Shown here in pieces: positions 17,432-26,452 of a DNA stretch of 64,000 nucleotides. Source of the DNA: Nannocystis bainbridge (lineage in GTDB: Bacteria; Myxococcota_A; Polyangia; Nannocystales; Nannocystaceae); NCBI RefSeq assembly GCF_028368995.1, contig NZ_JAQNDL010000003.1:256001-320000 (forward strand), written 5' to 3'. The position numbers and the translations under genes were made by a program. Below the pieces are notes generated by a model. That model did no database searches and was not told where the DNA came from. It saw only the letters and a program-made list of their open reading frames with translations. Numbering within the stretch: the stretch's first letter is position 1; every line of letters starts with the position of its first letter.

Positions 17432-19195
17432 GTGAGGACGACAGACCCGGCGGAGGCACTGATCGGCGAGCTCGTCGACGACCGTTATCGGCTCCGTCGG
17501 AGGATCGGCCGCGGCGGGATGGGAGCGGTCTATGAGGCGGACGCCGTCCGTCTCGGTCGCCTGTGCGCCGTCAAGGTGCTGCTCCCCGAGTTCACGCGCG
17601 ACGAAACGGCCATGCAACGCTTCCGTCGCGAGGCTCAGGTCGCGTCGCGCGTCAAGCACACCCACGTCGTCGACATCTTCGACACCGGCACCACGAGCGC
17701 CGGCCTCGGCTACATCGCCATGGAGCTGCTGCACGGCGAGAGCCTCGGCACGACGCTCCGTCGAGAAAAGCGGCTCCCCTGGCCGCGTGCGCGGCACATC
17801 GCGCTGCAGATCTGCCGCGCGCTGGCGGCAGCGCACGCACGCGGGGTGATCCACCGCGACATGAAGCCGGACAACTGCTTTCGGCTGAGCCGGGACGGCG
17901 ACCCCGACTTCATCAAGATCCTCGACTTCGGGATCGCCAAGCTGACCGACGCCGACAGCGCCGAGCTCCGCCTGACCGCCAGCGACTCCTTGATCGGCAC
18001 CTATTCGTACATGGCGTACGAACAGATCAAGGGTCTCGACCCGGATCACCGCGTCGATATCTGGGCCGTCGGCGTCATCCTGTACGTCATGCTGACCGGG
18101 GTGTTGCCGTTCTACGGTCAGAACGAGCGGCAAGTCTTCTCCGCGATCCTCCTGCAGGAACCCACGCCGATCCGCGAATTGCTCCCCGGAGTCGATGTCC
18201 CGCCGGAGCTCGAGGCCGTCGTGGCACGCGCCCTCGAGAAGTCGCGCGACGCCCGATTTCCCACCGTCGATGCCCTCGCGCGAGCGCTCGAGGACGTCGG
18301 CCGGCCGAAGTCCCCCGCAGCGAGCGCTCTCCAATCCGTCGCGGCGACCGCCTTCACCCCTCTCGATGACGACGCGCAGACGCTCGACAGGGGCCTTCCG
18401 GCGCGATCTCTCACCCGCGTCGCCGCACCGGCGGCGCCTCCCGGGCGACCGGGTGCAGCCGACATCCCCGAGGACACCGCCGACAGCGGGCGCAGAGCTC
18501 TCGTGCCCTCCACCGATCCGCTGGTCCGCGCCGAGGTCGCGCGAGCGGCCGAATCCAGGGGCACGGCGCCTGCCCGCTTGCCCGACCTCGGCGCCGCAGA
18601 GGCCGAAGAGGCCGCACCCGGCCGGATCGCCCCCCTCGTCGCCTCGTCGGTCTTTCTGACCCTCGCATTGTTCGCAGTGGTCTTCGCGCTGATATCTGGC
18701 TCCTTCTTCGCCGAGCCTTCACCCGCCCCCGCACCCGAGCAGGCACCGGAGCCCGCGCAGCCGCCCGCCGCGCCCGCCCTGGTGACTGCTCCCGAACAGC
18801 CGAAGACTGTCGACGCGCCCGTCCCCACGCCACCGATCTCGACGCCTCCGCCCGCGGCCGCCGACACGCGTCAATCCAAGGCACGCGGGAAGAAGCCCGC
18901 GAAACGACCCGCCGTCGACACCAAGGCCACAGCCGCGAGCGAGCTCGCCAAGCTGTGCATCAGCAAGCCGATCCGCGACTGCTTCGTGGAGAAGCAGAAG
19001 CAGGACGAGGAGATGAAGGTGAGCTTCCAGCTCGATCCCGCGACCGGCGCCGTGCAGCCCATCTTCCCGCTGCTACAACACAAGACTCTCCTCGCCACCT
19101 GTCTCGAGGGCAAGATGAAGACCTGGCGGCTGCCGAAGGCCGGCGCAGGCGAGGCGCCCCCGACGCTCTCCTGTATCCTCAATCGCCAGCGCTGA
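17432..19195 (+). CDS. Transmembrane Ser/Thr kinase with Pro-rich linker and TonB-C/AgmX-like C-terminal domain
   Basis: GRGGMGAVY, AVKVL, HRDMKPDN, DFGIAK, GTYSYMAYEQ; TM segment; C-terminal C...VSFQLD.ATG.V...LATCL...WRLP. Confidence 0.92.
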   Translation: MRTTDPAEALIGELVDDRYRLRRRIGRGGMGAVYEADAVRLGRLCAVKVLLPEFTRDETAMQRFRREAQVASRVKHTHVVDIFDTGTTSAGLGYIAMELLHGESLGTTLRREKRLPWPRARHIALQICRALAAAHARGVIHRDMKPDNCFRLSRDGDPDFIKILDFGIAKLTDADSAELRLTASDSLIGTYSYMAYEQIKGLDPDHRVDIWAVGVILYVMLTGVLPFYGQNERQVFSAILLQEPTPIRELLPGVDVPPELEAVVARALEKSRDARFPTVDALARALEDVGRPKSPAASALQSVAATAFTPLDDDAQTLDRGLPARSLTRVAAPAAPPGRPGAADIPEDTADSGRRALVPSTDPLVRAEVARAAESRGTAPARLPDLGAAEAEEAAPGRIAPLVASSVFLTLALFAVVFALISGSFFAEPSPAPAPEQAPEPAQPPAAPALVTAPEQPKTVDAPVPTPPISTPPPAAADTRQSKARGKKPAKRPAVDTKATAASELAKLCISKPIRDCFVEKQKQDEEMKVSFQLDPATGAVQPIFPLLQHKTLLATCLEGKMKTWRLPKAGAGEAPPTLSCILNRQR

Positions 19196-19209
19196 CCGCC
19201 GGCAGCCCG

Positions 19210-20208
19210 TCAAAAGGCGAAGCCGAGAGATACGTTCACCCCGCCGCGCCAGGCGGGAGCGACCCCCACGCTCGTCCCGTGGCGGCGAAGCAGCGCCGCC
19301 GCTCCCGACGACTTGCGTCGCTTGCCGGCGAGCACCGCCGCGAGCGCGATCGTCGTCGCACCCAGGACCCCGGTCATCACTCCGGTGACGATCGCCGCCG
19401 TGCCGAGCCCCTCCCAGCGCTTGCACGCGACACTCACGTCGCTGCCATCCATGCTTCCGTTCGCCTCGCTGCACATGTCGTCGTCGACGCCGTGAGCGAC
19501 ATCGTTGCCAGGGTCGGCGTCCTCGTAGCTGGCGACCGCCGCGTCATAAATCCGGTTGTAGGCTGCGCCGCGAAACGGCGCCTTGTAACGAGACAGCCCC
19601 GTCCCGAGGCTCACCGCCAGCAGGGCCGCCGTGAAACCGGCCGAGATCGCCAGACCGACGACGAGACGACGCTCGCCTGGCTGTTTCGTCGCATCCGTGC
19701 GCGCCTGGATCGCGATTGCAGGCTCGGCGGCGGCCGGCGTCTCCCGCTCGGCACACCCGCGCTGGGCGCTCGCCCGCTCGAGCCCCTCTCGCAGCCCGGA
19801 CATGCCCACGTACTCGTCCGAGTTCTCGGCCCCGGCCCCATACACGGCCAAGAGACCCTGCAGATACTCGTCCGCGAGCTCGAGCCCCGCCCCTGCGAGC
19901 CCGCAGTCGTCCGGCTCGGCACGGAACGCCTCGCTGTACACGTTGGCCGCCCGGACGGCCAGATCGTTTCGCCGTCCCCGCGTGTCCCGCCGCTCCGGCA
20001 GCCGCCTCAGTTCGTCCGCGAGTCGGACCGCGGCTTCTTCGAACTTGTGCTGCTCGACGAGCACCTCGATCTCGCGGTCGAAGTCCTTCGGAGCCACCAC
20101 CGCAGCCCGAGCGAGCGAAGGACTGCCGAGCTCGACGGACAGCGCGAGCGCGAGGAGGCTGCGGAGCAGAGGTCGCGGTGAAGGTGCGCTGGGTGTTGCC
20201 TCCGACAA
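19210..20208 (-). CDS. Hypothetical exported/membrane protein (helical N-terminal domain, two hydrophobic segments, C-terminal ...LGFAF)
   Basis: Signal-peptide-like LLALALSVELGSPSLARA and a typical myxobacterial architecture; start uncertain. Confidence 0.6.
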   Translation of the reverse strand: MSEATPSAPSPRPLLRSLLALALSVELGSPSLARAAVVAPKDFDREIEVLVEQHKFEEAAVRLADELRRLPERRDTRGRRNDLAVRAANVYSEAFRAEPDDCGLAGAGLELADEYLQGLLAVYGAGAENSDEYVGMSGLREGLERASAQRGCAERETPAAAEPAIAIQARTDATKQPGERRLVVGLAISAGFTAALLAVSLGTGLSRYKAPFRGAAYNRIYDAAVASYEDADPGNDVAHGVDDDMCSEANGSMDGSDVSVACKRWEGLGTAAIVTGVMTGVLGATTIALAAVLAGKRRKSSGAAALLRRHGTSVGVAPAWRGGVNVSLGFAF

Positions 20209-20528
20209 TGTCGCTCCGGATGCCAGGGTAGCAAACTCGCTTTCGCGCGGGAAGCTCGTCGAGACCGACCATACCGAACAGCTAGCGAGAGCGCCGTCAA
20301 TCACGTGGACTGATCGTCCATGCGAGTGCAGGCTCACCTGTGCACACTTCGAACGAGCCCAAGCAGAGATTTTGTCGACGCCGCCACAGCCACCGCTCCG
20401 CAGTCTCCTCGTACCCCAGTGCCGACACCTCCAAGTGTCGGCCGCTTGCTCGACCAGGCGCCGCCCCCCGATCGCGCCCTGCGCCGGCCGACTTGGGTCG
20501 TGCAATCCATGACCTGGTATGGTCGAGC

Positions 20529-20900
20529 CTATATAAAGTCGGACTCCCAAAACCGGCTCTTGTTCAATTTCCCGCCAATCGTCAAGTGGTACATGGGCAG
20601 GCGTTTTTGGAAATGCCAGCGAATATCTGTAATATATCCGCGCCGGCCGTCCCGGAGTTCCACCTCCGATCCAAACGCTCGCAAGGGCACGTCGATTTTC
20701 TTAAACAGGCTCGGGCGTCCGCGAAACTCGTAATCCCCAGACCTGAGCGTAAGAAATTCCTCATCCTCGTTGACAACCTGTAGAACACGATTTCCAGGTG
20801 TTTCTTTCCGAACCGCATCAAGATCGTCGGGGTGGATCAGATTTGGTCCATGCTCCTCGAACCACTGATATAAACCCCATTGTGCACAAATTTTTGACAC
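20529..20900 (-). CDS. Putative immunity protein for the Rhs toxin (about 123 aa; possibly DUF6960-like)
   Basis: GTG start 7 nt after the Rhs stop, preceded by AATAAG; same low-GC composition as the toxin tip; WGLYQWFEEHG..LIHPDDL...WH...Y motif. Confidence 0.7.
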   Translation of the reverse strand: MSKICAQWGLYQWFEEHGPNLIHPDDLDAVRKETPGNRVLQVVNEDEEFLTLRSGDYEFRGRPSLFKKIDVPLRAFGSEVELRDGRRGYITDIRWHFQKRLPMYHLTIGGKLNKSRFWESDFI

Positions 20901-20907
20901 CTTATTG

Positions 20908-23900
20908 CTACTTTCGGTAGTAGGGCACATAACCCTGGAAGTTTCGATGAAAGGCACCTGTAGGGAGATTGCTGAACGCTTCTTCGGCAGCTTTGAGAGC
21001 CCCAGTTTTTGGTTTGAAATGTCCGGAAGCGTTGTCGACCGAAAAGATTCGCCCTCCGCGGATATCGACGATTCCTGCAGCTTGCACCCTCGGATCTGCA
21101 CCGCCGATGAGAGTTGGGTGGGGCATGCGTTGACCTGCCCGAGTGCCAATTGTGATGGCGCCATGTTTATCTACGACGTACATGAATTGCCCACTTGTGC
21201 GACTGTCTCCAATCTTTCCGGTTGCAGAAAGAAGATCTGTGATCTTTACCGCCGTCGGGTTCTTGATGTACTTACCGTTGACCAGGACACCAGCAGCTTC
21301 GTCCGCAGCTTTTGTCGAGGGGTCCACGGACGATAATTTATCGCCTCCCGCTGAATATGAATCCAGCGTACTCGAAGTAGCTGTAGCATCAGCATCCTTG
21401 CGCTCAGGGCAATCTTCTCCCTCGTGCTCCTTTCCACAAACGCTACAAGTATCGAGCCCGCGCGGGTCGAACTGCACCAGCGGGCAACACGTATACGCAT
21501 AGAGGTTGAGCCCCCCGCCCGTCCCTGCCGGGTCTTCCTCGAGATACCTCCCGAGCTCCGGGCTGTAGTACCGGAACCGGTTGTAGCAGAGCCCAGTCTC
21601 CGCATCATAAAGCTGCCCCGCAAGTCGGTGCGAGACCTCGAGCTCCCCCTCGGCTTTCGCCAGCCCGTACGGTGCCAGCTCGGCCGACCACACTCGCCGC
21701 CCATCACCATCGAGCGCCGCGACGGGCGCACCGCGCTGGTCGGTGACGAGGTAGTGGAGCTTGCCGCTGCCTGGCTCGGCATCGACCGAATCATAGTCGA
21801 TCATCAGCCAGGGCGTCAGCGAGAAGTCGTCGACGTAGACGTGCACTCGCAGCCGGCCGCTGCTGTGGAGCTCGGCGGCGAGGCGGTCGGTGTCCCAGAA
21901 ATACTCGGTCCAGGCCGCGCCGAAGGTCTTGCGGACCCGCCGCCCCAGTGGGTCGTAGTCGGCCGTCCACGGCGCGTCCAGGCCCTCGATCGCCCGCAGG
22001 CGGTCGAGCGCGTCGCGCTGGAAGCGCAGCGAGCGACCGTCGCGCTCCCACTCCGCCACGTTGTTGCGACCGTCGTAGCCGAGGCTGCCGCCGTTCGCCA
22101 TCACCAGCTGATTGCCCGGCCCGATCGCCGCCGCCGGCAGGTGCGGCGCCTCGACCAGGTTGCCGGCCGCGTCGTACCCGTACGCCTCGCTCGCGCCATC
22201 AGGCCGCGTCACGCCCGCGAGCTGGTGCGCCGCGTCGTAGCGATAGCGCGTCTCGCCGCGCTCCGAGTCCTTGACCGCCAGCAGGTCACCCTCCGCCGAA
22301 TAGGCGAATCGCCGCCGCCACGGATCTTCGTTGCTATCGACGGGGAACAGGTGCTTCTCGCGCACATGCCCGCGCGAGTCGACCTGCGTCAGCTCGCGCG
22401 CCCCGCAGGCGAGGTGCCGCGTGACCACCCCGTCCGACTCGAGCACCAGGCGATGCACGTTTCCGAGTGGGTCGGTGATCTCGAGCGTGCCGGCGTCGAC
22501 CCGCTGATAGCGCGTCGTGAACCGCCCCAGCACCGTCGTCGCCTGCAGCCGGTCGGCGAGGAACGCGTGCTCCACCCCGCGCCCGTCGCGGAAGTCCTTC
22601 CGACGCCGCCCCAGCCCCGTGTACGCGAACTCGAGGGTCCGCCCCGACCACTCGATACGCGCGAACTGCCCCGCCGGCGTATAGGCGTAGCGATGCTCCT
22701 CCCCATCGGCGAGCCGGCGCACCGACTTCAGGCTGTTCTCGCCGTATTGATAGGACACCAGCAGCTGGCCGCGCGCGTCGTGCTTCGCCGTCAGGTTGCC
22801 CGCGCGGTCGTACTTGTACGATTCGACCAGCTGCTCGTAATGCCGGACCTCGGTCAGCGCGTCGCGCAGGTCGTAGCGATAGGTGTGACGATTCCCGGCC
22901 GGGTCGGTGACCGCGGCGATCTGGTCGGTCAGCGTGTACTCGTAGCGGATCGTCCGCCCGAGCGGGTCGCGGGCGAGGTTGCGCAGATTGCCGCCGGCGA
23001 ACTCGAACTCGTAACGCCCGCCGTCGTGGTCCGAATACCAGCGCACCCAGCCGTTCGGGGTGTACGCCCATCGCCGCGGCGACGGGGCCGCCCCGCGCTC
23101 TTCCACCAGCAGGCCCAGCTCGTCGCGCCGCACCTGCGCCCGCGGGTCGCGCTCGGGGAACACATGCGAGTAGATCGAAGCCCCACCCGTCAGCAGCGGC
23201 CCCAGCCCCGGCGACGCCAGCGGCGCGTTCTCGAGGATCTCCGCCGCCAGATCGCCGAGCTCGAGCTCCGCCGGCGTGCGCGGCACCCGGTGCGGCAGCG
23301 GCCCCGACGGGCTCTCGACCGGCCGAATCCCGCCGTGCGCGGTGCGCCAGGCGACGATCTCGCCGGCGGCGTCGTACACCGCGCTGCGGGTGTCGCCGCC
23401 TGCGTCTGTCTCCTGGGTCAGTCGACCCGAATCGTCGTACTCGAAGCGGCGGATCCCGCCGTACGGGTCGATGATCTCGGTGATCGACAGCGACCCGTCG
23501 TAGCGATAAAGCCAGGCCCCGCCGTCGGCCCGCGTGACCTCGGTCGCCAGCGCCTCGGGCATGTAGCGCAGCTTCACCTCGCCGTTGCGATCGTGCCCGC
23601 GCGACAGCACGCAGCGGCCCGCGCCATCATAGAAGTACTCGAACTTGTAGCCGCAGCGATCGACGCGGGTCAGCATCCGGTGCGCCGCGTCGTAGGTGAA
23701 CCGCTGCGCATGCCCGTAGCGATCGGTCGCTGCCAGCAGGTCGCCCGTATCGCCGTACTGGTAGCGCATCAGCGCCAGCGGCTGCCCCTGCGCCCGCTCC
23801 GGGTGGCGGGACAACCAGATCGTCTGCACCCGATCGCCCGCGTGCTCGATCGTCACCACGGTCACGCCGGTGGCGTCGCTGAGCCTTATCAGTCGCCCGC

Positions 23901-24378
23901 GCGCATCGTGCTCGAGCGCGATCGAACCTGTCTCCCGGGACACCCTGTGCGGGCGCGCGACCGCGGCCGGGTCCGCGACCGCGAACGCGTACTCCGTCCC
24001 GTCCGGGTCCTGCAGCACGAAGCCGCGGCCCACCGGCCTCAGCAAGAAGCGCGCGCACTCGCTGACCTCGTCGGCGGGCGCGAACGGGAACAGCACCGTC
24101 TCGCCGTTCGGCTGGGTGTAAAGCCAGCCGTCGACCACCGCCCGCAGTGTGCGATCGTACTCGTGGGTGTGGCCATGGCCGAGCGGGCCGTCGCTCAGGT
24201 CCAGCGTATTGTAGTAGCGCCGCCAGACGATCGCCCCCGCCTCCGGCGATGGCCCGAGCGGCAGCGTGAACTCGGCCGCGACATCCGCGAGCGCACCGGT
24301 GACGACGTCGACCGGATCACCGACCCATCGCAGCCCCTGGCTCGCGCCGCACCGTGGAGTTTGCCCGTCCATCGTCAT
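20908..24378 (-). CDS. Rhs/YD-repeat polymorphic toxin (DUF6531-like start, Rhs core, about 181 aa C-terminal toxin)
   Basis: VGDPVDVVTG, many YD repeats, core GQLYDAETGLCYNRFRYYSPELGRYLEEDP...NLYAY...PLVQFDPRGL. Confidence 0.93.
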   Translation of the reverse strand: MTMDGQTPRCGASQGLRWVGDPVDVVTGALADVAAEFTLPLGPSPEAGAIVWRRYYNTLDLSDGPLGHGHTHEYDRTLRAVVDGWLYTQPNGETVLFPFAPADEVSECARFLLRPVGRGFVLQDPDGTEYAFAVADPAAVARPHRVSRETGSIALEHDARGRLIRLSDATGVTVVTIEHAGDRVQTIWLSRHPERAQGQPLALMRYQYGDTGDLLAATDRYGHAQRFTYDAAHRMLTRVDRCGYKFEYFYDGAGRCVLSRGHDRNGEVKLRYMPEALATEVTRADGGAWLYRYDGSLSITEIIDPYGGIRRFEYDDSGRLTQETDAGGDTRSAVYDAAGEIVAWRTAHGGIRPVESPSGPLPHRVPRTPAELELGDLAAEILENAPLASPGLGPLLTGGASIYSHVFPERDPRAQVRRDELGLLVEERGAAPSPRRWAYTPNGWVRWYSDHDGGRYEFEFAGGNLRNLARDPLGRTIRYEYTLTDQIAAVTDPAGNRHTYRYDLRDALTEVRHYEQLVESYKYDRAGNLTAKHDARGQLLVSYQYGENSLKSVRRLADGEEHRYAYTPAGQFARIEWSGRTLEFAYTGLGRRRKDFRDGRGVEHAFLADRLQATTVLGRFTTRYQRVDAGTLEITDPLGNVHRLVLESDGVVTRHLACGARELTQVDSRGHVREKHLFPVDSNEDPWRRRFAYSAEGDLLAVKDSERGETRYRYDAAHQLAGVTRPDGASEAYGYDAAGNLVEAPHLPAAAIGPGNQLVMANGGSLGYDGRNNVAEWERDGRSLRFQRDALDRLRAIEGLDAPWTADYDPLGRRVRKTFGAAWTEYFWDTDRLAAELHSSGRLRVHVYVDDFSLTPWLMIDYDSVDAEPGSGKLHYLVTDQRGAPVAALDGDGRRVWSAELAPYGLAKAEGELEVSHRLAGQLYDAETGLCYNRFRYYSPELGRYLEEDPAGTGGGLNLYAYTCCPLVQFDPRGLDTCSVCGKEHEGEDCPERKDADATATSSTLDSYSAGGDKLSSVDPSTKAADEAAGVLVNGKYIKNPTAVKITDLLSATGKIGDSRTSGQFMYVVDKHGAITIGTRAGQRMPHPTLIGGADPRVQAAGIVDIRGGRIFSVDNASGHFKPKTGALKAAEEAFSNLPTGAFHRNFQGYVPYYRK

Positions 24379-25256
24379 TTACAAGTCGAGGGGCCCTGCT
24401 GATCGCCGTCGTTCTTGCCGCGTCGGCTCGGCGGCATGTCGGCCCGCGAAAGATGACGCTGGGCCATCGCCACCCCGCTCGGCACCGGAAAGCCGCCGAT
24501 CAGGACGTTCGGCATCCCGAACAGCAGCGCGCCGACCGGCGGCCCGATGCACGGGTTCTTGCCCAGCAGCATCCCGAACGCCATCGTCGCCGCGTCCATC
24601 GCCAGCTGCGCCGCTCCCATCGCGGCCGACAACGCATAGCCCTCGGCGACCGCCGGATCTTCGGCGTTCGCCGAATCGACCGCGTCGGCGACCACCCCGA
24701 CGGCCTGGGCGGCCATGCCGACGTACGGCATCACCTGCACCACCTTGTTGGCGGCCGCGGCGACCGTGGCCAGCTTGCCCGGCTTCATCCGCGTGGGCGC
24801 GGGCCAGCAATGCATGGTGACATCGAACATGCGCGCGGCCCGGGCCCCGCCGATGAACACCTTCGACGAGCCGGTGAGGATCTCGAACCCCGGCAGCGGC
24901 GCCCCGAGGCAGGTCGGATTGATTCCGACGTCGCCGGCGCGCGCGGCCGGCAACCCGTTGATCAGCACCGACACGCAGCAGCCGAGAGTCACTGCGCCGA
25001 TCACCGGCAGCGGCGTCGGCAGCGGGATATGGGCGTGCGGCAGCCCGACCGCGAGCGAGCCGATCGTCGCCGCCGGGAACTCGGGCCACACCTGCGCCAG
25101 CGCGGCCGTGGCCACCGCGAACGTCTCGTTGAACTTGTCGACCGGCGCGTTGATGGTCGCCATCACCGTGCCGATGCCCTCTTGCAGCACCCGCGCCGGG
25201 TTCTTCGGCGGCTCGGGCGGCTGCTTCGGCGTCGCCGCGAGCGACACGCGGCTCAT
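24375..25256 (-). CDS. PAAR-domain protein (T6SS spike tip)
   Basis: SVLINGLPAARAGD, TGSSKVFIGGARAAR, GMPNVLIGG; ATGA overlaps at both ends. Confidence 0.88.
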   Translation of the reverse strand: MSRVSLAATPKQPPEPPKNPARVLQEGIGTVMATINAPVDKFNETFAVATAALAQVWPEFPAATIGSLAVGLPHAHIPLPTPLPVIGAVTLGCCVSVLINGLPAARAGDVGINPTCLGAPLPGFEILTGSSKVFIGGARAARMFDVTMHCWPAPTRMKPGKLATVAAAANKVVQVMPYVGMAAQAVGVVADAVDSANAEDPAVAEGYALSAAMGAAQLAMDAATMAFGMLLGKNPCIGPPVGALLFGMPNVLIGGFPVPSGVAMAQRHLSRADMPPSRRGKNDGDQQGPSTCK

Positions 25257-26446
25257 GGCGAACCCTCCAGGAACGCCGCGATCTCGCGCCCGAGCGCCGC
25301 CGGCACGCGGCGCTGACTGCTCGACAGCCGGGGCCGCAGCTCGGCCAGCAGACCCGCGTGGGCGAGCTCGCGGGCGACCTGCGCCGCTGCCAGATAGCTC
25401 CTCCCAGCCGCCTCGTGGGCCCCGCGCAGCTCCTCCAGCCGGCCGCGCCACTGCAATGCGTGCACGTGGCTGGGCGCGTCGGGGATCGCCATGGCGAGCC
25501 GCTGCGCGCCGTCATAAAAGGTCTCGGCGTCGGCGCTGCGGCCCTGCTCGAAGTACAGCCGCGCGAGGTTCTGCGTGACCGCGAGCAGCAGCAGCGCCGC
25601 CCCGGTCTTGCTCGCCGGCACCAGCGCGCGCTCGTACCACGTAACCGCTTCTCGGCTGTCCTTTCGGGCAGCCGCGACATCACCGAGCCCGCTCAGCGCC
25701 AGCGCCGAGAGCACCGGGTTCGCGGCCGCCTCGGCCCACGAGTAAAGCTCGCGGAAGCCGGCGATCGCCTGGTCGTGGCGCCCGCTCGCCGCGTCGATCG
25801 CCGCCGACTGCAGCAGCGCCTGGGCCCGCCGCTCCGGCGGCGCCTCCGGATCGCTGGCCTCCTCGGCGACGCCCGACGCCAGCGCCGTGAGCGAAAGATC
25901 GACCGCGAGCGCGCGACACAGCCGCGGCAGCTCGCCGAGCGCCGCAGTCGGCAACGCGTGCACGAAGATCCGCAGGCGATGGAACCACGGCGGAAAGCCC
26001 GGCTCCGCCGCGACCAGGCCGCGCATGAACGCCTGCGCCTCGGCCTCGTCCTCGACCGTCAGCGGGACGAGGATGACGACCAGTCGCGGAGGACATGTCC
26101 TTTTGGGCAGGACCCGATCGCGCGTGAACTCGAGCGTCGACCGCACCCGCGCGACCGCCGATCGCGACGGATCGGAGCACGCCGCCGGCAATGCCAGCGC
26201 AGCATCACCCGAACACGAGCGGGCGACCGCCAGGCACACCTCGGCGATCGTCGCCGCATAGGCATCGGCCGACACGAACGCGTGCGGGACCGGCAAGAAC
26301 ACGTCGGCCGACCCGGCCGCGAGCTCGTGCAGCGTCGCGTGCACCCACGGCAAGAACTCGTGCTCGGCCCGCAGCACGCACATACCGTGCTCGTGGCCGG
26401 TGATGAAGCCGGCGAGGTCTTGCCCGAGTCGCTGGAGCGTGCGCAT
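25253..26446 (-). CDS. Hypothetical protein with C-terminal TPR-like helices (candidate T6SS adaptor)
   Basis: Sits between vgrG and PAAR with tight coupling; TPR-like ALSGLGDV...A...YERAL, NLARLYFEQG..A.AE.FY. Confidence 0.7.
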   Translation of the reverse strand: MRTLQRLGQDLAGFITGHEHGMCVLRAEHEFLPWVHATLHELAAGSADVFLPVPHAFVSADAYAATIAEVCLAVARSCSGDAALALPAACSDPSRSAVARVRSTLEFTRDRVLPKRTCPPRLVVILVPLTVEDEAEAQAFMRGLVAAEPGFPPWFHRLRIFVHALPTAALGELPRLCRALAVDLSLTALASGVAEEASDPEAPPERRAQALLQSAAIDAASGRHDQAIAGFRELYSWAEAAANPVLSALALSGLGDVAAARKDSREAVTWYERALVPASKTGAALLLLAVTQNLARLYFEQGRSADAETFYDGAQRLAMAIPDAPSHVHALQWRGRLEELRGAHEAAGRSYLAAAQVARELAHAGLLAELRPRLSSSQRRVPAALGREIAAFLEGSP

Positions 26447-26452
26447 CGGGCC

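Noticed and set aside
20901-21164. Longer 211 aa version of the immunity ORF
   Set aside because: The extension overlaps the Rhs toxin tip; GTG 20900 just after the Rhs stop is more plausible.
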